Source: Phallusia mammillata
Taxonomy: Eukaryota
Direction: 5' to 3'
NCBI GenBank assembly: GCA_965637545.1
Contig: OZ281498.1
Coordinates: 2,542,001-2,606,000 of the forward strand
Length of the DNA stretch: 64,000 bases
Shown here piece by piece: positions 1 through 13,000 of the stretch (the first letter of the stretch is position 1; every line of letters begins with the position of its first letter). Made by a program: the position numbers and the translations under genes. The notes beneath the pieces are model-generated. The model was not told the origin of the DNA. It made no database searches and worked only from the letters and a program-made list of their open reading frames with translations.

Positions 1-418
1 TAAATCAGACGATTCATCTACAACAGTGGTTCTCAACCATTTTCACTCTGCGACCCCCTTGAGAGGTTTTCTGACAAAATGCAACCCCTTTACAAACACA
101 TATATGAAAATTTAATACCATTATGTCATCATCGCACATTTATTGTCAAACATCACTGTAACAGTTTGGTATTTTGCTGCACAGAAAACCCTTAAAATTG
201 TGGTTATCATTATAAAACTTTTCTATATTTCGTGCTTTTTATCTTAACAAATAGAAGCATAATATTGCATATGCTGTTGCGCTAATCCTGACTGAAAATT
301 AAACTTTCATGTGTGAATAAGCACGCTAAACAGGCGAAGTTGTTGTGATAAAATAGGGTTGCGCCTTCGCCACCCCTTCAAAAATGTTCGGTGACCACCA
401 GGTCGAGAAACACTCACC

Positions 419-3400
419 GAAATCTCCAGCAGACAACAATCTTCTCAATGTTGCCACTTTTTCTTTGTTACGTAACACTGCCATCGCTGTGATGTCGCTA
501 TCTTTAGATTTCTTAGACGGGATGACGTCATGGTCACTGGATGTCGCACTTCTTTTTCGCGTCACTGTGCTGAATGACGTAGCGAAGTTTTGATTTTCGG
601 TCAAAACCAATTCACTTTTTGACTCAACTGGTTGTTTCAGTGGAGGGGAAAAACCAACGTTTAAACTTGACTCTCTCTCGCCATCTAGCGGTAGGAATAT
701 GTGATCCCAGTCGGGCGAGAAGGGAAACGGCGTTGCCATGACACTGAAGTTGACGCGTTTTGCTGGAGGTTTGCTAAAACAAAATAAATAATATTTCTTT
801 CATATATATATAATTTTTGCTTTTACGTGTTTAAAGAACATGTTACCTGTAATGTCGTTTTAAATTCGTTTCCATTTCAGCTTCCCACCATTTTCGACCG
901 GCACCGGTGTCGGGGAAGTCCCGTGGGAAGAAGGGAGTTTTGCATTCCTGCAAAAATAATAAATTAACAAAAAAGTACTTCTTAGAATAAAAAACAGCAA
1001 AACAAACACATTTTTTGGAAACGCCACAAACAAAGTGAAAAAGATAAAAATTCCAGTTAATCATCAAAAACGACTCGATTGGTTAAAGTTATGAGGCGCG
1101 ATACAAATTTTGAACCGACTCACCAGATGTGAATGTTCACTTTCTCTTATTCCACCCGCTCGCGCTCTGTGATAAACGAATGGAATCCAGAACGCGGTTC
1201 CCCATTTTTTGGGCAGAATAAGATCCCAACCTGACCCGAAGTCTTCAGGTGGACCAGCGTGAACCGATCGACCTTCAGTGACCTCTGTACCTCCAGCGAC
1301 TCCTTCAAAACCTAAACAGCGCGATATTAAAAAAAAATAGAATTACACAAAAAAAATCAACAAGATGAATTTCATCTACCCATTAAAAAACTGAAAAATA
1401 CCAACTATGACATCACAGAAAAATGACGTCACGCTTAAACGTAACCACCAGAAGGTCTAAACCTGGCTTTTTCAAGTGTGACGCAATTCCGCTTCTTCTT
1501 ATCAGCAGAACAGGCACAGGTGTCGCCAGAGAGTCAAGCTTCTTCGTTTTCTCTTCGCCCAATGTGAACTTGGCTTCGTTCTTGCGCGTGCTGGTCACGT
1601 GATCTGGCAACCGACTCAAAGCGACCTGAAAAAATGAAAGAGAAACTAAACAGGTAGCTTTTGTTGTTGTATACTGCTTATCGCATAAATTGGTGATTTA
1701 CCCAGTGGTGGGATTCAGCCGGTTCCGACCGGTGCTGTAGAACCGTCTTACGAAATTTTATGAGATCAGCGAACCGGTTAGCATTACTGGTTACTGTCAA
1801 TGGACTTTTTGTAACAGAACCGGTTAAAAACTATGACTTTTGTGATAGAATGGGCTGACAAAAAAAATGAATCCCACAACTGGATTTACCTTATTTTCTG
1901 TATTACAACGCATATGTATTTGGTATTGAAGTTTGTTTCGCAGGGTAAAACAAGACATAGCAGCATCATTGCGTAAGAATATTCACCACGCCAGCAATAG
2001 CTGCGCAACGTCGCGACTTTATAAAGCGCGACAAAGTTGAGGGCACAATTGGTGGAAATATGGTAAACGCGTTGCACTTACATCGTTAATAAAATTTGGC
2101 AGGGACTCACATTAAATTTTTTTTATTATTTATTTAGTTTAATTACTATATGTGTTGGCAGGTCTTACTTTCGTTTCTGGACTGACGTTTTTGTGTTAGT
2201 TTTAAAATAGCAAATTTCACCTCTTCCAATATTTCACTTTTCCATTTCGGAGAAAGGGGAAGCTCCTCCAGGGACTTTTCATGGTCGTCAACTTCAGAAG
2301 CATCCAGCAATGAAGGCTCTAAAAAATCTTGAGCATATTAACGATGGCACAAGTCAATAAGTGTATTTAAATTGTATGTAAGGAATAGGCACTTACATAT
2401 TTTATGTCACATACATAAAAAGTTGACATTCCAGCAAAGTATTGGCAAATTTTTTTGGCTTATTAGCGCATATGTCTTTAGCTTCTCATGTGTATAACAT
2501 CAAATAGTGAATGACAATACACTACTACCGAATTTTCTTCGTTCATAATTAATGCAATACCTAAGCTTGCCTAATCACGAACAGGAATTTAAACATATTA
2601 TCATGCATACAAAGGCTAATTGGCATTCCAGCATTTATCTTAGACTGAGAGGATCTTGTTAGTGAAGTCAACTTTAAGTTTGCAATGCGCAGATAATTAA
2701 AAATCAACTCATTACAAACCAGCACGAACCAAATTAGAAACATGTGGTTTTCAGCTATTTTTAAATATATTTCACAATTTGTCAAAATTGACTACACTAT
2801 GTTAGTTACCAAACCTGGTAAAAGTGTTTTTTTACAAAACATTCAAATTTTCTATGGATTAAAGAACTTTACAACATATTATATCATTTATTCTACCTTG
2901 GGATAATGTTGACTTTAGAGTAGGTTTTGTTTTCTGTAGTGGAAGTGTGAGCCGAGGATCGTTCACTAAAACCGACATGACAGCTCCATGGCACACTCTG
3001 GTGGTGAGTTGTTTGTGGGTTTTGTGGAAGTTGCAACGATGACATTCTAAATTTGACAACAAAACAATAAGGCCTAAAATTGCCCAAAATTTTTCACAGT
3101 ATATTATGCAACCCAGAACCATCCCTATTACCAAATACAAAAATCTTCTAAGTTGTGATTATGAAAGGCTGCAACATTGGAGCAAAAATTTTGAATCTTT
3201 AAACTGACCCAGAAGAGTGTGGCTGAAGTTTTGTTGTTGCTTCTTGACCTCATCCTTGTTTTCATTAATCCAAGATGACAATTTAGCACTCAAGTGTTCT
3301 AGAACCACAAACACAGCCATAAGTACCCATAGTTTTACTCTTTCAAAGTCAAACAGTAAAACTATTACCGGCAGAATTTTGAGATGTCAAATCCTCACCA

Positions 3401-6400
3401 ACTTTGATTAGTTGTAAAGTAGACATCAATGTGACACTGGATTTGGGGCCAGTAAAGCGGAAACGATTGAAATCACCAGTTCGATCACTGAAAAACCCAA
3501 ACACACTGTGCAGTTGCAAAAAACATGGTTGCATCAATAGCATACATATGTTTTATTATTGACCTGGGTGAGACTTGAACTCACAACCTCGGTGATTGTG
3601 GCACCGATGCTCTGCCAGTTGAGCTACCAGGACCATGGGTGGTTTATTCACATTTATAACCAATATAGTAAGCGTACCTGGTGGACACACCATGTGTAGT
3701 TGATAGTTGTTCTAACACTTTCGTTGCTTCCTTATATGGTGCAGGGTGAATCCAACACCATACAACATGCTTTGATATAGTATCTATATAGTACCAGTGA
3801 AAAAGTACTTTTTTATCAATATGTATTAAACCAACGGTGGACAAACTTTCTAGTACAATAACAATACTCAAACAGTTGCAGTTTCACAAAGTTTTGTAGA
3901 ACATAAACCATCATAGTTGTGTGAATATTTAAATGAGATCTTAATTGTGTTTATTTTTGCATTATGTACTGGTTTGTTTTTACCCCAACTAACTGATATG
4001 GTACTTACTTTGAATTTAAACCAATGTTTATTACCTTGGTTGTCCTCTAATTTTGGTTGCCATAGAATTCTCACAGGACAGATCACTTTATCGCATGTCA
4101 AATCACACATCATCACTTCTGCCTCAATTTTTCCACTGAGTACCCCATCATCAAACACAGATGAATGTTCATGTTGTTGAATCATATTTTTAAACATGTT
4201 TTTCACATTGATTTGAGAACCAGTAAGTTCCACACAGTGAAAATAAGATATGTCCTGGAAAATAAAAAGTTTTATTTCATTTTTTTCCTTTCTATTGATG
4301 ATTAAAGTTACGAAGTATAATCTGCCCTAAAAGTTAACTAAACGGTCAACCAAAAATGTTTCTTGCAATATACATTTAGGCTGGACATTTTCTTAACAAA
4401 CTACAGGATAAAGTTCAGAATTCCCTATGTCAGTGGTTCCCAAACTTTTTTCTTTTAAGGCGCATTTTAGAAAAAACAAAAATTATTTGGCGCACTTCGA
4501 ACATTTGAAAAAAATATATATTTGAATTTTTTTATTTCAGTTTAAAATGGCACAGCAAATTAGTTGACAAAGGCACTAACTATGAGGTCATAAAGCCGCT
4601 TTACAAGTTACTCTCATAGTTAAATAGCCTAGTTGAACATCTCAGAGACGTGGAGCATGTTGGCCTAGTGGTCTAAGCACCTGGTACTACTACTCTACTT
4701 GATTGATTTTAATTTCAATATTTTTTGCGGCACACCTAATGACATCTCGGTGCATAGTTTGGGAACCACTGCCCTATGCAATGAAATAAAACAATTACTG
4801 GACTTCAAGCTCGGTTGCTGTGTTTTACTTACTTGTATGAGACAATGTTTGGCAACAGCCCGATAGCAAGCTCGGAAACTTTTATCATTGGGATAAATGG
4901 ACACACGATGGCTCCAATGCTGATAATGTTTATCAGAATTCTCGGTCATATGAAATCGCTTGGAATGCCAAAGATGTGTCTCTAACCAGCCTTGATTGCC
5001 TGTAGATTTAAATCACAATTTAACACGAACTTACTGTCAAAGGGTAAAAAGTAAAAAGGTGTACTGACTGAGTAAGACTGACCAAACCTGACTATGCCGA
5101 AAATATGCCAAAGATAAATAAAGATTTTGTAAAAGGAAAATACTTGCAGAAAAAACAATAATGCAAAACAATAGTTTGTTTGTTTTCAAATAGTTTATGC
5201 TATCATAGATGCAAAACTTTACCTGCTCTTTTGGCATATTCATTCTGCAAGGCAAGTTTCTTTCTTCTTTTTCGGCGACAAACCTTTTCTCCAGTTTTTG
5301 AAGACTTAAAAAAGCAAATAGATTATCAACTAATAAAATCATCAGCTTGCAAGTCAGGTATGTTTGTACCTCACTGGGTGGAATCATTTGTTGGCTTGCA
5401 AGTTCTCGTAATCTTATTGGAAGTCGTTTGACATTATGTGACGCTGCTCGCCTTCTCATGTGCTTTGGCAGTGTCTGAAAATATTTGGCAACAAAAATAA
5501 ATTATTACCTGGCAAAACTTAATTTAAGGCACATAATTTAACTAACAAAATGTCTTTTAACATCAGAAAAAAGTTAAAATTAAGGTTTGTTATAATCATT
5601 TTTGGTAAAAACCTAATGCAAAATAATGTATCCAGCAATTCATAAAATAACCTATTTTTACATCACTGAAATTTACCATAAGGCACATGTAAAACTTAAC
5701 AAAATCTTTTGGTGGTTTACACAAACATTTAAGTTCAGCAATTTAATACCTGAAGAGCAGTTTTGCTTCCAGAATGTTGTTTTACAGCTGCCAACATTGC
5801 CTTGACTTCTTTTTTGGCTTCTTCCACATATTCTGCAACTGGAACAGCTGAACACAAATAAAATGCTTTGAAAAGCAGCACCACAATGGGCATTGTGTGG
5901 TCACAAATATATACCTCTTGGTAATTCAAAAGTGTCATCTTTAGGATCTGGCAGCAAATCTTTGTAGTATTCATGTTTCTCTTGTGAAACAAAACAAGTT
6001 CAGTGTGATCAACAAACAATATTTCACAATCAATATTTTCTTAATTTTTGTTTCATAAACCAAACCTAGTGAAAATTCTACCTGTTTTTTTTCTATTTTT
6101 TTATACTTTTTTTAAATGTTAAACAAAAAATAATTTATAGGAACAAACAAAAAAAATCATGCAAATCGCCTTTTGTTTCATCTAACAGACAAATAATGGC
6201 AATTGAGCTAAAAATTTGGACAAGCCCCAAATAACTGCGCAATAAAATAATCACATATATAATTGTTTAAATTGTTTATTCTTTTACCTGGATCTAATGT
6301 AACATTTTTTGGTTGAAACCGCATTCGTTTCTTCCATTTCTTTAAACGGGAAGATTCTTTTTTCTCATCAGCGGATTTTACTGCATCACAAATATTGAGT

Positions 6401-6659
6401 TAACAGGAAAATTCGTGCAAGTTATAAACTAAAACTTTTACTTTCGGATTTCACATTGCTTTCTGGTAGCTTGTCAGAAGCATCTGTTGCCTGTGTCGTC
6501 CCTTTCAACTAAGAAATAAGAATAAAAGCTAGTAATTTCGTTTTACTTTATATTTTTGAGGCTTATCGCAAATGCATAAACTTTAAAACTTACACTTGTT
6601 GATGACTTCGAATCAGCTACTGGAAAATCGTTCTTTTCAGTATTCTTTAAATTGTCCAT
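419..6659 (-). CDS. POP1: Ribonuclease P/MRP protein subunit POP1, multi-exon, 3' end lies beyond the left edge of the window
   Basis: Spliced exons give POP1 signature motifs: [20 protein letters not shown] (~5420-5480), [14 protein letters not shown] (~4947-4990), [12 protein letters not shown] (~4220-4255), VWCWIHP (~3745-3770), FNRFRFTGP (~3445-3475), [22 protein letters not shown] (~1170-1240), PRDFPD (~905-925), KPPAKRVNF (~745-775). ATG at 6659; last visible exon ends at a GTGAGT donor near 419. Confidence 0.93.
1703..1882. mobile_element. hAT-family MITE, 180 bp, in POP1 intron
   Basis: TIRs CAGTGGTGGGATTCA / TGAATCCCACAACTG; perfect 8-bp TSD GATTTACC at 1695-1702 and 1883-1890. Confidence 0.9.
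3560..3633 (-). pseudogene. tRNA-like element (tRNA pseudogene or SINE head) in POP1 intron
   Basis: Reverse strand folds as a cloverleaf: acceptor GTCCTGG/CCAGGTC (1 mismatch), D-stem GCTC/GAGC, anticodon stem TCGGTG/CACCGA with loop CCACAAT, T-arm GTGAG-TTCAAGT-CTCAC. C instead of U33; A-rich tail follows. Confidence 0.7.
4431..4771. mobile_element. hAT-family MITE, 341 bp, in POP1 intron
   Basis: Perfect 16-bp TIRs CAGTGGTTCCCAAACT / AGTTTGGGAACCACTG; TSD CCCTATGT / CCCTATGC (7/8). Confidence 0.9.
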
Positions 6660-7133
6660 CAGTTTTTTTCTCGGTCGTTTTATGTCCTGTAGCTGTTAGT
6701 TGTACATTTGTTTAGTTTTTTTTCACCATTCGACACATTTACTTTTTCAAAACAATTCTACATGTGTTTTGCACGTAAATTAACCGAGACGCCAGAGCTT
6801 ATTGCAAATAATTACATACCTTTGATTCAAACTTTTACCACAAATTGAGCATTATATATTTACATACTGCATATGTAAGTTAACTAATGCTATTATGTAC
6901 AAAACCTAAAAATAAGTCGCAATTTTAAATTAAATTGACTAACACATTATTGTTACGTTAAAGCACGAACACATAGGTATTTCCCTAAACCGATACGCTT
7001 TAACATTTCTATTTATCTGAGTTAGTTTTGGAATATTTTTGATTTTCTAAAAAAAATTGTCAAGCAATTAGTTATTAATTTTCGTTTTGTAGCAACAATT
7101 TATCTATTGTATACATCCCAAACGCCGCCTACC

Positions 7134-7658
7134 ATGCAAGTCTTAACCGGTAATTAAGACTGCCTGAGAAGTTTAAAAGCGAAAATGTATTCATCGGACA
7201 TTACAGAGATCCATATCGGAAATAAAGAACGTTTTAGTGTGAAGTGTAGGTGCGAAGGCAGTCAATAAGTTGGTCCGAAACTGCTTCCAAAGAACATATC
7301 AAATTTACAGCGGAAAATTTGTTGAAATGCTTATTAAAGTTAACCCTTCTACCAGATAGTACCGCTCGACATGTCCCACCAACGTTTCTCCCAGTCGTGT
7401 TTACCCACAAAGTGCCAACCTTACTTTCTTGTGAGCTCCCGCCACATAGCGCTTTTTAATACGGTGTAGCTGCACCGCGTTTGGCCATTATCCACCAGTT
7501 GTGCCCGACACTATTTTGCGCTCTATACCGTTTTAACAGACATAAAAAAAAACTTGGCCGAATTACTTGGAGCGCCTGATCCACATACAGACATAAAAAA
7601 CCTAAAGGGGATTCGTCCCCGGGAGTGTCTTGGGTTCGAACCCCGTGTAAAAAAATGA
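7134..7658 (+). CDS. Possible small unknown multi-exon gene divergent from POP1 (speculative)
   Basis: Kozak-like CCGCCTACCATG at 7134, three candidate 56-61 bp GT-AG introns, and a 63-codon stop-free frame 7470-7658. No family recognised; alternative splice solutions exist. Confidence 0.2.
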
Positions 7659-10038
7659 ACAAAAAAAAAACGTTGCGCAGCTATTTTCGGCTTGGTAATT
7701 GTTTCAGTGGAATTGTGTCGCTATGTTTCCATCACCAAGCAAATTAAACTCATCTCAACTCAAATTTGATGAAAAGACTTTCCTATACGTGTCGGCGCTC
7801 ATGGAAGCAGTTATGTTAACCTGCGTTTCTTCTAAGTGGCGTTCCATAATGACTTATGGGTGGTTCGCAGAACTTACACTCATTATGAGATGAACTGGAA
7901 ATAATTGCACGTGGGCCGTTATTTTTAAACATTTCGCACAAAAAAGTTGGTTCTTCGCAACATTAACATGCCATTATTGTAGGCCTTTATCACTTAAATT
8001 TTCTCGGTTCAAAGAAATATGCTTCCAACCGAAATACCAGTATGTGATTAGTTTATTCTTAAATGGCATGCGAAATTCTTTTTACTGGGCTGTGGTTCAT
8101 GACCTGAAACTAAAGAATCATTGATGCAAACCTTGCTTGCTCAGGAATGGCTCAACGACCAAACATGGTAACATGCAGTTGCATTTTGGTCGAAAGCACC
8201 AAAAGCGATTTCAGCCACATTAAGAACGCAAACTGATAAAAGAAGCGAAAGAAAAACTGCCCCGGGACAATTTCGCGCAAAATAAGCTGCGCTTGCATTA
8301 TCGGTTTGTAGATTCTAGTTTGGCCAAGATTCCTGCAAGAAATTGCAAAAAGATTTTGTTTCAACATGGGTATCCAACAAATAAACTGACTACTTACCGA
8401 TTTTTTTTTCTTTTTTGAATGTGGTTTGGCTTACGTAAACTTCAAAAGGGCTATTTTTACGTTTTTCAATAAACAATGGCAATATAACCCAGTAATGAAA
8501 CCTATATAACTTATCTCAATTACAACTTAAAGGAAAGGAAGAAACGTCAATTTATTTTGCAGTCACTAAAGCAGCGTTACAAGTCGGCCAAGAAGTGGTT
8601 CGTTAGTAAACACTTATCGCATGTGCCTTGCACTATGTAAGGTTTTTTGCTAATTGTAGGTTACTTGTTGATGAGTCACGCAAAACCGAGCAGGTTTAAG
8701 CGATATATCCTTCATCAAATTTTGTCCTTTCATCAAATTGTGTGGTGAATATATAGCTTAACGATCACGTTCAGAACAATAACTGTGGGTAACTTGTTTT
8801 CGGGTTTGCAATAATTGTAAAAAGCAACTGGCCTGTTTTCAAAAATGGTCTGATTCAAAAACGCCAATTCCACGGACAAAAATCTGTTTTAGGTGAAAAA
8901 ACAAACAAACAATGATTACAATTAAACAAGTTTACGCTGTTACGCTGCCCAACCTTTTTTCCATTACTTGTTATTGCGATAGCCTATGTGCTTTTTGACC
9001 AGGAAAAATGAATGAATCAAGCGATAGTATACTTATTAGAATTTTATATAATTTGCCAAACACAAATATTCACAGAAGTGAGAGGGGGACGTGTTGGAAT
9101 AGCTCAAAGTAATAGTAGTTGAACTAAATGGGTTGATTCGGGCTTGACTTTTCACATAATGTCATGATTTCAAGTGGTAAATCGTGAAAAAAATCGGACC
9201 AGATTGGACCAGCTTTCGCCCCAATTTTTAAGTTGGCTAAATGATTTTTTGCGACTTAGGTTTGCAAATTTGTGCCTTCGTGCTATGCTGCATCGCACCA
9301 ACGGATTAAGATTCGTTTAGTATTTTGATGTTTGGAAGTTCAAGTCAGCCGGAGGCGGAATGAATCCTTTCAGCGGTTTCTCGCAGCAAATATTATTTGC
9401 GCAAAAAGAAATGTCAAGTGGACGAAGTACGCAGCGTCGAATCTGTTGGAAGCACGCACAAGGTCTATATGCCTGGTAAACGACCCTACATCTTCTCTGA
9501 TGATATGTTTTTAACCCAGGGTTGTTTACTGTTAAGGTCTACATTGCTTTTACACGATCATGTCCACTAGCAACATATTCACAACATATTGAGTTTTTAA
9601 TTCCAGTTTTTGGTTTTCATTTATCATTCAAAGCGACTGTGGGGAAAATAAAACAAGTTGTAATTGACTGCAGCCAAAACAAATTTTCGCTTTTTATAAA
9701 CTTCAGCGTAAAACACCCTAAATACATCTGCTAATCTTAAACTCTAATGCAGGACCAAAATATACAAATACTACGCAACAAAATTGTTTAACTAACCGGT
9801 ATTTTTCTGGTGGTTGGCAAGAAATCACCTTCAAGTAATTCAGAAAAAGGTTAAACGTTGTCAACAGAAACCGATACGGGCACGTATTTTCCCTGTCAGA
9901 ATTGATTCATCGGGAAATTTTTACCCTGTGGCAATAGACAGGATTCTTCTTCGCAAACTCGTGCAAGTTTGGCCTAAAAAGCTGCGGCATTTCTGAATCT
10001 CGACGATTTCTTGTCGCCGCTTCTGCTTCAAGTTCAAG

Positions 10039-13000
10039 ATGTTGAAGCTTGTGTTAGGAATTTTACTGCTTGTTGGGGTGGGAAATTGGTAAGAATTTAT
10101 TTAAACTTAATTTAGTTTTAACTTATTTGGTACCAACAATAATGTATGGTGCTTATGTATCTTTGGTATACTGTAAAGTGATTTGTCTAATGTTTTTTTT
10201 CGTTTAAAGTTGCTCTTTTGTTGATTTCTATTTGCTAAAAATTCGTTTGTTAACAAATTATATCACTATGAAGTATCTAAATCTGAATATTAAATGCTTA
10301 CGGTTCATGACTGGTTAGAATCTAACCTAGAACTCTTCTCTTGTTTCCTTATTTACTTAAAACAATGGCAGTTGTTTGGCGATAAAAACACACACAAAAG
10401 GGTAAAAATTAGGGACAAATGCATGTGATCTTGAGTTTTTAGGAAAAGCAAATTGACAAAACCACTTTAACTGTGAAACGCAAAAATTGATTTGTTAAAA
10501 TGTTTTTACAGTTTTGAACACACAATTATAACGCCTAAGGGTCTTCGAGTCGGTGCGGAGGAAACAGCAATCCTCAATCTGCATGGATATGCGGCCGCTA
10601 CTTTGTCCTATTTTATACAAGTAAGTTTTTGCACCTGAAACATTTCTCTTCTGAAAAACATGAATTATGAAAGAAGTCCCGGCTTTCAAATCGGTTGAAT
10701 CACCAAAACAAAAGTTTGTTACACATGTAATTGGTGCTATATAATAATGTTATAATGTAAGTTTTTGCTTTCCAAACATTTAAGGTAGGGTTTCTTAACC
10801 AATTGGGTATGTGTACCCTCTGAGTATTTAAATCACCAAAACAGGGGGATACAAGATATGTGTCCAAAATTAGAGTTGTGTGAAAAAGAAAAGATTTACT
10901 TCTGGGTAAAATTACAACATTTTCACAACTAAATGTCACTAAATGTTTGCAAGAGTTGTTAGTTTTACTTAAAAATAATTACAATTTCATTTATTTTTAT
11001 CCGTTTACCATTTTTCACGACAAGGAATAAAAATAAATTTTCTATTTGTTCAAGGGTGCAAAAATGGTAAGAATAAGAACCACTTGTGTGGAGTAAAGAC
11101 AAAATTATATTTTCTCAAATAGGATTTGCCCAACAAGCAGTCTTTGATGTCACAAGTGAACGATAGAATCCTTGATGCAGACGAATGCAGCAAACCCATC
11201 AAACTCAATCTCCGGGTTCGTAAAACTTTTATCCACGCAGCCGACACTTGCTTTTTACGTTTTATCATCATTTTTTGCGTTTTTTTTTGGTGTTTTCCCG
11301 TTTCGCCGCGATTTTTTGATTGCAAGTAGGGCCGGATTCGGGATTGGGTTCGAATAAAACAGACTTGATTCGGACCTGGCTTCACACTAGACCAGATTTG
11401 TGTCGTAATTTAACCTTGGCGAACCGATTTTTCGGGACTGAGTTGGACTTAGGGGGCGATACAGGGGCGTGGTTTGCTCCGGAAACAGACCGGAACTGGT
11501 GGATGGCAACGAAAACTTTCTTGACAACCCTAAACATTGGATGCATGCCAAACACGTTTTACCGGGAAAGTTACTTCCAAATAATCTGCGCAGCTGCATA
11601 CCGCCTGCAAGTTATTAGCCCACACACAAATGTGCTGCACCTACAATTAGTGTGGCTGCGTCGGTATTATCTAGTTTTAATTTCAGTATACTTTTGCAAT
11701 TGCTTATTTTAAGCTAAACAATCCATTCAAAATTAATGCTTACCACACGTTTGCAGGTTCCAAGTGACGAAATTCCAAATTATCGGATCCGACAAACCGT
11801 TCTTCTCACCGTACAAATAACAGGCAGCGCATCCGACTTTACAGACACCGTAGAGATATACCTGAGCAAGGACAGCGGTTATATCTTCCTGATTACTGAT
11901 CGTCCGATTTACAAGTAAGTACTAGACACAGAGTCACACGTTATACCGAATCTAGTCGGTCTTCTAAGCTTAATATTTTAAAAATAGGCCTATACACTTA
12001 TGAAAAGCATAGGCTAAAAATATCTAGCCTGCGGTGGGATTCGAACCCATGACAGGCGTCTATTAGGGAATCGCGCTCTACAAACTGTGCTACACAGTTT
12101 TTTGTGGTCGAATTACAAGCAACGTTGCCTGCCTCGTATGCATCGTGCTGCACATGTCAGCTTTGTGGTGGGGGATCGCCAGAACGACCGATGACTGGCT
12201 AAGCTGAACAGATACTTGTTACTGGTACAGCCTCAAAGCTAATCCCGAAGACTTCAGGCCTGATCTCAGTAATGAATGTCTGTTTAGTTTAACTTGAAAC
12301 ACAAAAAATGTTAAGTTATTTGGTGCATTCACTGCCATACATATGTCTTGGCAGATGCTTTGCAATTTAGGCAGCAGCGCCCTCCTTTGGGTGTTTTGTA
12401 AAATTAGGTGAAGGGTCAAATATCCCGTTTTGGGGCAACGAAAAGTTGCGTCGAAAAAACATGATTTAAGACAATTGACCCATTGCGCCGAAAAACCTTC
12501 TTAACTTTGTGGATGAAAGTAGCAAAACAAAATGTATTTTTTTCTTACAGACCCAATGAGCTGGTGAAGATTCGAGTATTTCCGCTGAAACAGAGAATGG
12601 GACCTTCCGATCAGAACGTGGAAATTCTTATTAAGGTAAAATCATAGAGGTCTGAGATTTTTAACCGGGGTATTTCAAAGCCCCAAGTCTAAAAATAGAA
12701 ACGAAAATAACTCAGCTAAAGAAACTTGGGTGTAATTTATAAACTTACCGTCAAAATATGACACGGGGTAGACAGGAGAAAAAAAAAGATTAATGTTCAA
12801 ACACATGTTTAGTTTATTTTTCTTCTTTTCCGCAGACCCCAGACGGAGTTGGAGTTGAGAAGCGAAATCGAAATCTTCCCGTTGCCGATTTCATCTACGC
12901 CCAGTTCAGAATTCCAGAAAATCCAGTTTTCGGTTTGTGGTCGGTAGAAGGAAGATATTCGGATAAGGTAAAGACTCCACAAAACACGATTGCTCTACAC

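Noticed and set aside
24-60. Lone hAT TIR-like ends (24, 32937, ~50335, 56593)
   Set aside because: No matching second TIR or TSD within the window; too incomplete to call as elements.
326-418. C-terminal part of ORF 326..739 (ECFSTWWS...TSPV)
   Set aside because: It follows a GTGAGT donor and POP1 homology requires many more residues; most likely intron read-through.
7200-7660. RNase P or MRP RNA gene next to POP1 (GTCCCCGG...GAGTG near 7615; similar TCCCCGG..CAGGAGTG near 45640)
   Set aside because: The conserved GAAAG before the P4 strand and the 3' partner (GGGGCTCA or TTCAGAC) are missing.
8705-8715. U12-type donor ATATCCTT (also at ~20113 and GTATCCTT at ~47463)
   Set aside because: Not at any exon boundary of the gene models.
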